This document shows positions 10,650-22,200 of a stretch of DNA of 64,000 nucleotides, in pieces (position 1 is the stretch's first letter; every line of letters begins with the position of its first letter). The DNA comes from Azolla caroliniana (Eukaryota > Plantae > Polypodiophyta), in contig JBHGNT010000015.1 of assembly GCA_043228905.1 (NCBI GenBank), positions 1,612,001-1,676,000 of the forward strand. Direction: 5' to 3'. The notes under the pieces were generated by a model. It had not been told where the DNA came from and made no database searches. It saw only the letters and a list, made by a program, of their open reading frames with translations. The translations under genes were made by a program, and so were the position numbers.

Positions 10650-12430
10650 TTCGTACTTCACGACATCGTGACTAAGTATTGTCGCCTCTCGCCAAGGTGG
10701 TATTGCAAAAAGTGCGACATGGAAACACATTTATGCAAGGCACATGGAATTGACATAGTTCTACCATGAGGGATGCGGATAAAGGAGGAGGAGGAGGAGG
10801 GTACTTCGGGGTCATGCTTCAATAGCTATGAGGGTCAAAGATCACTCAAAAGATTCATGGGCCCCGAAATCAAGAACCATAGAAATCGACAATCATACAT
10901 CCGGAAGTTGAAGGTTAGGGTTGTTTCGAGGTTCAACTCTATTCGCGTTGATCTCCGACTTGACACGGAGGCAGAGTTTGTGGCGTGATTTATGGACCAC
11001 GAGATGACGATCTACGACTCCAAAAAGGATGAGCGGTTGGAAATGTTGAAGAAGAAGATTGCATCCAACATTCTTATGTAAGTATGTACGAGGATTTCAT
11101 TCTTGATATGTGTTGGAGGGTTTATTGGTAGAATTCAGATAATAACATGTGTCTTATTGTGGTGAAATAGTGTAAAAAGGTGGGGATATCCACCGAAGAG
11201 GGTGGTGTGTCCATTGATGTGGGTGAGGCTCTAAACCCATCTCATGTATCTACGCCATTGAAATGAAGACGGCTGAAAATGTCAGTTCGTTGGAAGGAGG
11301 TGGAGTCAAACATTGATGTTGTCCCCCTAACATCATATTCAGATGATGTTGCATCGGATGTGGCCACGATACAAATTGAGCATGGCAAGGCCATCAAAAC
11401 ATGGACCCAAACACCAAACAAACATTTTTCCAGGTTGTTTATTTGTGTTTGTCAATTTGTATCCTACTAACTGACATTAAGTTTGTTTTAATTCGTGATA
11501 TATGCATATTTCTATGCATACAGGTACTAGTTGACCTACGCACGACTCCATATGGTCGTTGACGTTACAGAGTCAGAACTTGAGACCATGTGCAAGGATG
11601 GAGAAATGGCATCAACATGCTTATAGCTAATGATGAAAAAGTTTTCCCTGCCTACATGGGAAGAAGTGGAGCAGTTGTGCCCAAAAACATCATTGTACTA
11701 GGCTCTTGAAGAATTTTTCATTGTATTTAGAGAATGGGTAAGTGTGTTTATATCTTCTAGAGTTGATATTAAGATCATGCGCATTTTCTTATAATTCTTA
11801 TAATTGTTGAAACCACCTCACTCAAAAAACGTGGGTGACAATAATGAAGGCATTCCAAGTGCATTCATCACCCATTTGGAACGAGCCAAGTACGAAAAGC
11901 AAATGATGAAAGGAAAAGAGCTAGAGGTGCCCGAAGACTCAAATATAGTAAAACGTTTTTTGCACAAGGTTGATCCTTTTCGACAATTGTATTATAGTGT
12001 ATATAATGGTGATGTGGGTAATACGCTTGACATATTACCCAAGAGGCATTATACATTGCTCATCGTGGACATTACCATATGGGTTTTGAATAACAAGGTC
12101 CACATACGATGATGTACCATAAAAATATCCTCAAATAGAAAAGATGGTGAAAGACTTTGCAGAGTTGACCCTGGCTCCATCATGGCGAATAGTAATATTT
12201 CATAGTATGGATCATGCTTTATCGGTCATTACTGCACTGAAGTCGAGATGCCATGCCACCAAATATATGGAACCTATAGATGAAGAAGGAAGGGACCTTG
12301 TTGACCTCGAAGATGTACTAGAGTCTAAACAAAGACAGATTTAGCTTAGCAGACGGAACAAGTGGATATGACACAACTATCAGTTGATCTTGGAGAGCAA
12401 CCTGTTCCAGACCTCCTAATGGAGTGAATT
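10650..12430 (+). pseudogene. Decayed multi-exon MULE cargo gene with an N4C/N6A DNA-methyltransferase-like region
   Basis: Coding-like segments are bounded by GT..AG introns (e.g. GTAAGT at 11078 and 11738). The region 11999-12260 reads VYNGDVGNTLDILPKRHYTLLIVD-[1-nt frameshift]-IPYGF*ITRSTYDDVP*KYPQIEKMVKDFAELTLAPSWRIVIFHS. The frameshift joins ORF 11804-12112 to ORF 12144-12344 in frame. Confidence 0.6.
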
Positions 12431-13250
12431 GTATAATACTTTGTATTTGTAACTGAAAAATCGTTTTGAAGTATAAGAACTTTTCGTTTGAGTATAATTT
12501 CTTTAATCTATCTTATTGGTGTCTTGTACTTTATGTGTCTATCATATGTTTACAAAGGTTGACTTGTAAAGTATGTGGTTAAATATAATTTCCATTGAAT
12601 AGATGATTTTAACTTATCGATTGTATGACAAATGTTGGTTATAATTGTTTCTTGATTAATATAATTGGATTTGGTTTGTCTTCATGATTTATGTTGTCTT
12701 TAATCTTGGTAATTTAGTTTCAAGTAAACACAATAATATTAAGTGAACGTCGTTGCTCACATGATAATACATTCACATTGTTCATGTATGATTGGCATAT
12801 AATGTTCGTAGTGGTTTTTGGGCATGCGTGGTATATCGTGAGATATTCGTTTGTGGAAGTTTTTCTAATTAATCCAAATATCCTATTTACAAAATTGACA
12901 TAGCAATCTTTATAAGATTTAGAGACAAATATAGTAACAAAATTGCATTTCTAAATTTGTTAAGTTGGATTCGAATTTAACATTATGTACAATGAACCAT
13001 ATTACAATTATAGTTGGATGCATTCCTATCATCTTATCTAAGATTAGGATAAATTTGTGTATGAATTGAGAAAATATCGGTTAAATTTTTAATCTTAAAA
13101 ATATTAACTACCTTTATGAGTGATGTTTTTCAAAATCGTGTGCGCATGCATGATAGATTCTTGAAAGTTTGTTAAAAAATGGTAATTCTTGACATCTCAC
13201 GTATTTATCAATAAAGGAATGTGACATATTACCTGTTTCAAATGTCCCAG

Positions 13251-13480
13251 TGTTACATCTCAACTCAGCCAAATGGTTGGGATTGTAACTTTTACGTGAT
13301 GAAGACTATACAAATGTTGGTTGAGGAGTTCTTACGAGGATGGATATCTCCGGCTTTTGTAAGTGTAGTTGCAAATGGATGTATTATGTGGATTTTGTAT
13401 AGTTGTGTTCTTATACATATTTGGTGACAGGGCACAGAGATGTGGTTCACCAAACGCGAAGTGGATTCACTTCAGAGATA
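13251..13480 (+). pseudogene. Ulp1/C48 SUMO-protease C-terminal remnant (MULE cargo)
   Basis: QPNGWDCNFYVMKTI matches the Q-x-N-G-x-D-C-G-x-(Y/F)-V catalytic-Cys motif. A short intron is followed by WFTKREVDSLQR. Confidence 0.75.
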
Positions 13481-13544
13481 TGTGATTTATGTTTGTTGTT
13501 CTCAAAGATATGTTGTTTCATTTGTGTATGTTGTTTTTGACGTT

Positions 13545-14080
13545 GGTCGCCCAACGCTTAAAAATCAGGTCTCCCAACCTATTAATCACGCCACACAACC
13601 TATATTAATTAGGTCGCCCAACCTGTTTTAATATGGTGGCCCAACCTATTAATCATGCCACCCAACCGTCTTATCTAACATCTCTTCTCATAAACTAGGT
13701 CGCCCAACTTGTTTTAATATGGTGGCCCAACCTATTAATCAAGCCACCCAATCTATATTAATCAGGTTGCACAACCCTATTATCTAACATCTCTTCTCAT
13801 AAACGAGGTCATCCAACCCGCTTAAAAAACATCTCTTCTCATAAACGAGGTCATCCAACCCGCTTAAAAAACATCTCTTCTCATAAACCAACTCGCCCAA
13901 CCTATTAATCAGGCCACCCAACCTATATTAAATTATCATGTCGCCCAACTCTCTTAAAAAACATCTCTACTCATAAACCAGGTCACCAACCTCTTTAGAA
14001 ACAACTCGATATCGTAAACTAGGTCGCCCAACCTGTTTTAATATGGTCACCCAACCTATTAATGTGGTCGCCCAACTTGA
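13545..14080 (+). repeat. Internal array of GGTCGCCCAAC(C) motifs in diverged tandem units
   Basis: More than a dozen copies of GGTCGCCCAAC, GGTGGCCCAAC, GCCACCCAAC or GGTCACCCAAC alternate with CTATTAATC and AACATCTCTTCTCATAAAC. The same motif occurs at 8745-8890 and, inverted, at 23700-23751 and ~25229. Confidence 0.9.
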
Positions 14081-14276
14081 CAAAAAAAAACGGCCTGAAA
14101 GCGGTCATATTAATATACAAATTAATCACAGTTTAAGTCACTTTAATCAATTCTTAAACCCTCGTTTTAATCAGAGTTGATTCATCCTCCAATTAATTAT
14201 AGAGGCACATCTTATTCATACTCTAGTTAACTACATCTCTAACCAACCACTTGATAGAATATCCCACCAAGCCTTT

Positions 14277-14910
14277 AAGGGAAAAATACCAAGACATACT
14301 TGGTTCCTCTCCCACCCTCCCTAAACTATTAGATACAATAGATATGAAGAAATTAGGTAGATACATCTTAGAATTGAAACAACACAGAGAGAAAAAATTA
14401 CAAAACGTTGATAATAATGTTGCTAGTGTTTACCAACATATAACAAATGAAGTTTTTCAGGAACAGGGGGAGACAATGAATGTCGACACACCTGCACCAC
14501 TCGGACTTCTCCTTGATGAAGCAGAAAATCAAAGAAGAACCAAACGCCCTCAGATGTCGGGTTTCAAAGCAACTCGACGAGATGTAGAAGCAATAAAGAA
14601 AATAAGGGAACGTGAACTACACCGCCTAGAAGCCATGGCTAGGGCACTCTATGCATCGGGACCATGGGTCACACCCACACCAAAAACTTTTGACCTCCCA
14701 CTTCTTTTTGAGAGACTTGGGTGGAAATGAGATTAGACTTAGTGCAAAGTTTTGTACACTACTAGAACTTTCTTAGCTTAAGCTATTTTCTTTTATTTTT
14801 AGTTTTGATGATTGGATAAACACTCATTTTTGTTGTAACCTATTTGTCTCATGGGCCAAATTTGGCCTTAGAAGACGTTAATATATCTTTCTTTCTTTCT
14901 TTCTTTCTAT
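14277..14910 (+). mobile_element. 3' fragment of RTEX-like LINE nested in the MULE
   Basis: KYQDILGSSPTLPKLLDT...ELKQHREKKLQ is nearly identical to the copy at 23752-25228. It ends GGCCAAATTTGGCC...GACGTTAATATAT(CTTT)n. Confidence 0.85.
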
Positions 14911-15406
14911 CTTAAATTTTCAATTAATCACATTCTGTTATCAGATTAATCACTAAAAGCTTCAAGGTTTTTTGTATACAGGATTAGTAGCAACAAGACC
15001 CATCCCGAAAGACCTACTTTAATGAATTATGTCGAGGCACTAAACAATTAGGTACCTAAAAGCATCAGAGACATTTCGAGTTTGGGTAATATTTTTTTTT
15101 TCAGACTTCCCTTCTCTTCCCTTCCTTTCCTTGTATGCAAGCGGGATCTTAATTGGAGACGTAAGCCTAGCGGAAGGGCGGGCGACATTCTCCCCACGCA
15201 CGATGGTACCTCGTTTCTTTATAAACACGTAATCAAGGATTGGCTCTCTTTCACAAACTTTCTATGTACTCCGAAAGATGACATCATCATCCATTCCTCC
15301 TATTTCCCACTTACTACCCTTTCCCATTTTATTTTCCTTCATCTGGGTCGTTAGCTTGGAATCTGTCCGCCCCCCTGATTCTACTAGAAAGGGAGAAATG
15401 TTTCCT

Positions 15407-15508
15407 TATGCAATGTGTGAGTCTCTCCCACTAATCATAGTCTGTGCTTCTGGGGTTGCTTATATTCAAGAAGGAACGTTAAGCTTAATGCAAATGGCTA
15501 AGATCTCT
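15407..15508 (+). pseudogene. accD: Plastid accD fragment (NUPT)
   Basis: [29 protein letters not shown] versus the conserved [28 protein letters not shown]. Confidence 0.9.
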
Positions 15509-15511
15509 CTG

Positions 15512-15715
15512 AAGGGGCCTGAGCCATCAGTGAGATACCATTCTGGAAGGGCTAGGATTCTAACCTTGTGTCGATAGTTACGGGCCAAGGAATAGTCCCA
15601 TGTAGACAGTTTCTACTGGGCGTAGGCCTCCTAAAGGGTAACGGAGGAGTGCAAAGGTTTCGTCGGGCTGGACGGAAATAAGCCTTCGAGTGCAAAGGCA
15701 GAAGGGAGCTTGACT
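15512..15715 (+). pseudogene. rrn23: Plastid 23S rRNA fragment (NUPT)
   Basis: GAGCCATCAGTGAGATACCA...TCTAACCTTGTGTC...GTAGACAGTTTCTA...GGTAACGGAGG...TGCAAAGGCAGAAGGGAGCTTGACT follows plastid 23S domain V with scattered substitutions. Confidence 0.92.
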
Positions 15716-15804
15716 TAATGATAGTATTTTTTGCCCTACAAAGAGAAGGGCTTTCTAGACTTCCCCTTAGTAGAATCATCTAATAACCAAGTATTATCCA
15801 TATA

Positions 15805-15946
15805 ATTAGCCAAACCTGTACTGACAAAAAGCAAACCTACTATAAACGGGGAGGGTATAGTGTTGTTGTGGATGACCAAGTATCAAGTACTCGTAATGAT
15901 GTCGACAACGGGACGTTCTCTTGTATTCCCATATGTGTTTAGCTCC
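15805..15946 (-). pseudogene. psbE: Plastid psbE 5' fragment with Shine-Dalgarno site (NUPT)
   Basis: The minus strand has GGAG and then [42 protein letters not shown], versus PsbE [43 protein letters not shown]. Confidence 0.9.
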
Positions 15947-16425
15947 GTATTTCTATCTCGTGATACTCAACTTAAAAGGATTTTTTTTTGTAAGGAAGTA
16001 GCGACATTGAAGGGTCATGGATCCGCCAGCACACCGAACCAAACCGGAAGGGCGAGCGACATTCTCCCCACACACGATGGTACCCCTCCCGAAGGAAGCA
16101 AGCATTAGAAATTGTTCCTCCAATGGGATTATGCAATATTTCAAGTTGTGACGTGGATCTTTTGTTACTCTACATCGAACCGGATACTAACCAGCCACAT
16201 AATCCCTCAATAGTTATCGAACTCTCCGCCCCAACGGATCGTTTCCGGACCTTGCATACAAATGTACTTCTCTTATTTCAATTTAAAATCCATTGGTACT
16301 CCAATAGTAGGTAAAACCTATTAGATATCATGATTACTAGACTGATAGATATTTCTAGATAGATACCTTATTCAAACATAAATGTTCCATTCTGTCTCAT
16401 CCCTAGTTGCAACCATGGAGATTAG

Positions 16426-16539
<114 letters not shown>

Positions 16540-16605
16540 ATCTCTTTATTTTTATTTATTTATTAGTTGCTCCATCAATAGGTTAATGATTTTATCAAAT
16601 ATTGA

Positions 16606-16606
<1 letters not shown>

Positions 16607-16655
<49 letters not shown>

Positions 16656-16725
16656 AACCCTCGGTACATATGAACTATACAACGGATTAGCAATCTGACG
16701 CATTAGACCTCTCGGCCATCTCTCC
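16607..16725 (-). pseudogene. trnS-GCU: Plastid trnS-GCU pseudogene with an expanded (GA)n at its 3' end (NUPT)
   Basis: The minus strand reads GGAGAGATGGCCGAGAGGTCTAATGCGTCAGATTGCTAATCCGTTGT...GTACCGAGGGTTCAAAT(CT)nCC, with anticodon GCT. Confidence 0.88.
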
Positions 16726-19284
16726 AAGCAAAAGGATCGTTTGGACTTTAAAAAGATTTAGAAGTGATCGAGATGAATCCAAATAACCATGATTTGATAA
16801 TCTCATTGTATGATTATGAGGATGGTTATGCAACTATCGACGAAGAGTTGGATTCGTCTTCATCCGACGAAGTGTTGGCATCGCCCACATCTGACAAAGA
16901 CTGTGAGTCGTCTTCATCCGAACCGGAGGAGGAGGAGGTTGATCCCTTCATGTACTATTCGGACAGGTATTTTGTGTTCACAAGAGGTACGCACGATTTA
17001 ATGCTTAAAGATTTATCAGGTCAAGTTAAGGTAACGTTTGAAACATTACACGCAGTCGCAAGGGGTGCACCTCTCAATCGACATGCATGGAGGCGCATGA
17101 AGAGTCGTCTCATGCTTAGAAATGAGAATGTGATATACCTTAAGGCATCATCTAATCTTCATGTTACTTAAGTAGAGAATTGGAGGGAGGTAGTATTGGC
17201 GTCACATTGTGGCGCATCGCATCGGCCATTGATAGGTACTCTGAAAGAGTTAAACAGACTTTGGTCCAATGACCTTTGTGACCATGGGATCCCTACTACA
17301 TATGTGAAAGCACTGGTTGACCAATGTGGTTCTCAAGTTGTGTTGAGGTTAACTTCATCTGACATGGAAGGGACAAGTGTCATGAAATATAAAAAGTCTA
17401 GACCCATACAAGTGATCGAGATAGAGGCCCATAAGGTAGATGATACACTCACAGATATTCAAAAGACGTATCAGATACACTTCCGTATAGGGGTCGCAAG
17501 GGGTGCACGTGTGACTAGGTATGTTTATCACCGAGCTAGTGTGCCCATGCGGCAATATCCCTGCACTCGACGTAGAAAACCTTCACCCCAATGTGGGTGT
17601 ACTTTCCATGTGGCCGCTCCAAGGAATGATAGGGTTGACCATGGAACCATGACCCTTTCAATATATGGACCTCATACGGGTCATGTACCGGGAAGTAGAC
17701 CGAATGTGTACTATTTGCCAACACACCCTAATGTTATAAGTTGTTGCAAAGGTGGCCTTTTTTATGTTGGATGTGCACGACATTTGGCACGGATGAGCAT
17801 GCATAAGGAAGGGTATCATAAGTCCAAGGCTAGTCCATTAGATCTTGTGAGTTATAGGTTCTTTATGATGCCAAAGGAGGTCCATAACATGGCCAACAAG
17901 TTAAAAATTGGGATTGCCATGTCAGAGGTTGATTGGTCTTTGATGATGCAAGATGCCTATGCACTGTGAGATCTTGGGAAGGTGGCTCATGTCCAACCTT
18001 ACTTGCCTGGTGATTATGGAGCTCCTACAAGGCAATCGTTCATCTTGGTGCTTCAAGATGAATGGATGTTAGAGATGTGTGAGTTTTATGTCAATAAACA
18101 ACTCTTGAGCAATTGACTCCATGTTTAAAACAAACCAATTTGGGTTGCCATTATATGCGGTTGTGGCCCCCAACGCCATGGGAATTGGTATCCTATTATG
18201 GTACATGATATGCAGTTCTAATAAGGGGTCAAACCATGAGCAAGTAGCTTTAGAAATTTGCTTGAGAGTCATATTTGCAGGATGCCTAATGTGAGGCAAA
18301 ATGCAATAGTCATCGATAAAAGTTGGGCATCATATAATGCCATAAGTAATGCAGAATCCACATTCAGTGCCCAATGTGAGGAGTTAAAAGGTAGAATATG
18401 CGAATCAACCAGGTGTTTGACAATACATAGAAGGAGGATAGTGTGGCTTGACATGTGTGTGGAGGAAACTATGGCCCAAGTTTGGTAGCATGTTCAACTA
18501 CGGACATGTTGACACTATGAATATTGTGGAGAGACATTGGCAATTTATCAAATATATTGTCTTGAGAGGGAGAATAAACCGATCAATTACCGATCTTGTG
18601 CATGTTTTAATCAGGGACAGTCAAACTAGCACTTGCGTTGGAGGCATCATTATTGACTGGTACAAGTTACGACAAGAAATATGTGAGAGTGGTAGATTTG
18701 CACCCCGTGCAAATTGTTGGGATCAAACAACAAGACTTGAAGAGGCCGAGAGGATACTAGAGAGGTATGAAACTAATGATGTGACAGTGCATATTGTGGA
18801 CGAGCCCCGATATTGGTTTAAAATATTAAGCTTGACTAAAGCCACTATATGGTATAATGTATTGCTCCAGTGCTCATATTGTGATTGCCAAGACCCTGCG
18901 AGTAAATGTAACGCTATACTCGGCATCCATATGATTATTGAGAGGCACATGCCACATCTATGTGGGTCGTTGCCTTTTATAGATCACGCAGCCCATATGT
19001 GCAATGACCATTTCATAGAAACCGAAGTGGAGACAGAAGTAGAACCAATCAAGGAGACAAACTAGTGTGCATCAAATATGGAGCAATGGGAGTCAGAATT
19101 ACAAATGACCGAGGTAGCTATTCAATATCTCAGGCAAGGGTTACGATCCCTCGACCGTGTGAAAGTTTTGGCATGTATGGTGTCCTGCAAAGAAATGAGA
19201 CAAATGGTGGGGTATCACGTTTGTGCACCGGAACCAACCAATGAAGAAGACGGTGGATCCATTAGGCAAAAGCAAGCAATTGGT

Positions 19285-22200
19285 AAGCGGTAAGGTATTT
19301 GGGTTGTCAAGTGGGGCTAGAATTGTCAGCAGAAGATATGGTAACACCCTTTTTGTTACGGGTTAGAAATAAATTGTTGTATTGGGATACAACTAATTTG
19401 TCTCTACCAGGAAGGGTAGTTGTGGCAAACTCGGTTTTGCTTGCATCAATTTGGTATGTTGCGTCTACTTGGTTATTTTCACGTTCCATTATATTAAAAT
19501 TACAACGATTAGTTCGTAATTTTATTTGGGGTGCTTCTCTGGGATCAAGGGTTGTTGCAAAAGTTGCTTGGTCGGTGTTAATCCGACCAATAAGTGAAGG
19601 AGGATTGGGCTTAATAGATCCTATGCTCCAAACTAAGGCTCTTCTTGCGAAGCATGTTGTGCGAGCATTTATGCCTGGGGATGAGTTGTGGAAAAAGTTA
19701 TGGTTGTTGTATCTTAGCAACATTAAGCCTACTATAGGAGGATAGTGGCAGGATAGTTTTAGATGGTTGTTTAATTTTGAATTTCCAATTAAGCCTCAAA
19801 ATGTTGGTTCTAGGAAATTTTTTACAAGCATTTTGAGGGCATGGAAGGACATTAGAGAGGCTCTTCTATTTCAATTGCCATCAATAGAAACCCAGTTTCT
19901 AAGGCAACCATTGTTATGGAATCCTTTGTTTACAGATAACTCTGGTTGTGTTTTAGGTATTAGACCACATTTATCGTGGGGGAAAATGGACTTAGGACCA
20001 GCTGCAAGTGTGGCTGATTGGGAGCGGTTTCAACTTCTCTCAAATGAGGACAAACAACGACTCTTGTCTTCATTACGAGGGGGATGTTTGATGTCCGCTC
20101 ACATTCAACAGGCTTTTTGGAATTGACAAAGGCAAATTAACTTACATAATAATTATACATGGTATGGTCTTTTCTCTCCTTTGAGTATTTTATTGGGTGC
20201 CATGGCATATACTAACGAGGATAGAGTAAGATTTTATGAGGTTGGAGATGTTGGTTTTTTATATTTAGTGGAAGAAGAAGCTAAACTTATGCAGCTAGCC
20301 GCCAAAAAACCCATTAGGGTCATTGCTAGGTTAGACAAGAAGATTTTCCTTGATCCTAACCTTTTTTTGGCAAATCAGGCACGACGACTATGGGCATTTC
20401 AAAGCAAGCCGGTGGAACAATTGAATTGGGATCCGGCTGATTATGCATGGTTGTTGGTTGGAAGGTCTTCGATAAATGAACAACAAAGTAGGAGTATCCC
20501 TTTTTTCCAATATTATGTGGCTTATGGGAGACGCTTCTTGTTGCATCGACATTGTGTAAGTCCTCCTACTGTGCAAAAATATTGGGAGTCAGGTGCAATA
20601 TCGTCTCAATATTTGGCAACTTATTGGAAGAGTTTATGGGCTCTACCATGTCTACGGAGAGCCATTTCTTTTAAGTGGTTATTACTTCATTATGCGTTAC
20701 CTGTAGGTTTTCATTTAAAAGGACAGGTTGTTGATCGTCAATGTGTGTGTTGCCAATTACATGAGGAGACTTTGAAACACTTGTTCTGGACTTGTAGTGC
20801 AGCTCAAAAATATTGGGGAAGAATATTGAGGATGTTTTCGTGTAAATATAGAGGAGCGATTTTTTCATGGGGAGTTGTTTTTTGGGGGTCTTTAGATGTG
20901 CAGGTGTCCATGTACGAAGGGGAACGATGTGCAAAAGCATTGCGTGTATCAGAGAATAGAATTGAAGCGGTTGTCCCAAACATTGAAGGTGCTAAATATT
21001 TTAAATATTGTTTCGATTAATGCTTTATGGGTATGGTGGAAGTGTCGGTGCAACAAGAAATATGAAGGAATCGAGTATACTATGGTGGATATGATAAAGA
21101 TGTTCTGGGACAACTTGATACACACAGTTAAGGGAGAGTATGATAATATCAAAGGAACAGCAGAAAAGGTATGTAAGAAAAGAAGGAAAATTCGTCAAAT
21201 ATGGTGCCCAATACCTCTATGGCTGGATGGGACACATGAAAATAGTTGGAATTACATGCCCCCACGATGGTTGTTTCCTCCGCCTAGTCCATTCTTATTT
21301 CATTCTTAAAGTTGGGATGTAATATATTTTCTTTACATATGAACTTAAGTTTTGTAAAATTTACGGAAGGGATGGATGATTTTTATGAAGGATGAAGCAT
21401 TTAGGGAGTGAAAGGGAGAATTGCTTATGTCTTCATTAATTTTCAGATTTGGAAACAGTTTTTCTCTTTTCTTTGTTATGTGGATTGAATAAAGAAGTTT
21501 TTAGGTTTCTCATTATATATTAGGTGGTAATCGGCGGGATGGTTGATGTGGACTGAATGAAGAATTTCTTATCTTTGATAAGGATGAGTGAAGATGGTGG
21601 GGGGGTCGAAGCCGGCTACCATGAGTAGGTGAGGAAACTTTGATGTGGATTGAAGCATAATAGTATGATGACAGGATGAGTGACGACAGTGTGGGGGCTG
21701 AAGCAATCATGAGGGGTGAGGAAATACTCTACATTTACTTCGTTTTTTTGTTGCGTTTTCATCAGGAGTATCAAGTTCAACAACAGCAGCCACAGATGGT
21801 GGTGTGGATTGAAGCATAATAGTATGATGATAGGATAAGTGACGACGGTGTGGGGGTTGAAGCAATCATGAGGGGTGAGGAAATACTCTACATTTACTTC
21901 GTTTTTTTGGTGCATTTTTATCAGGAGTATCAAGTTCAGCAACAACAACCACATATGGTGGTGTGGATTGAAGCATAATAGTATGATGACAGGATGAGTG
22001 ACGACGGTGTGGGGGCTGAAGCAATCATGAGGGGTGAGGAAATACTCTAGATTTACTTCGTTTTTTTGGTGCATTTTATCAGGAGTATCAGTTCAACAAC
22101 AGCAACCACAGATGGTGGTGTGGATTGAAGCATAATAGTATGATGACAGGATGAGTGACGACGGTGTGGGGGCTGAAGCAATCATGGGGGGTGAGGAAAT

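Noticed and set aside
13545-14080. Short repeats with variable spacers resembling a CRISPR array
   Set aside because: The spacers are themselves repeated and irregular in length, and the motif also occurs at the transposon subtermini.
15717-15800. Possible ndhF fragment (PFSL*GK on the minus strand)
   Set aside because: Too short and diverged to call without an alignment.
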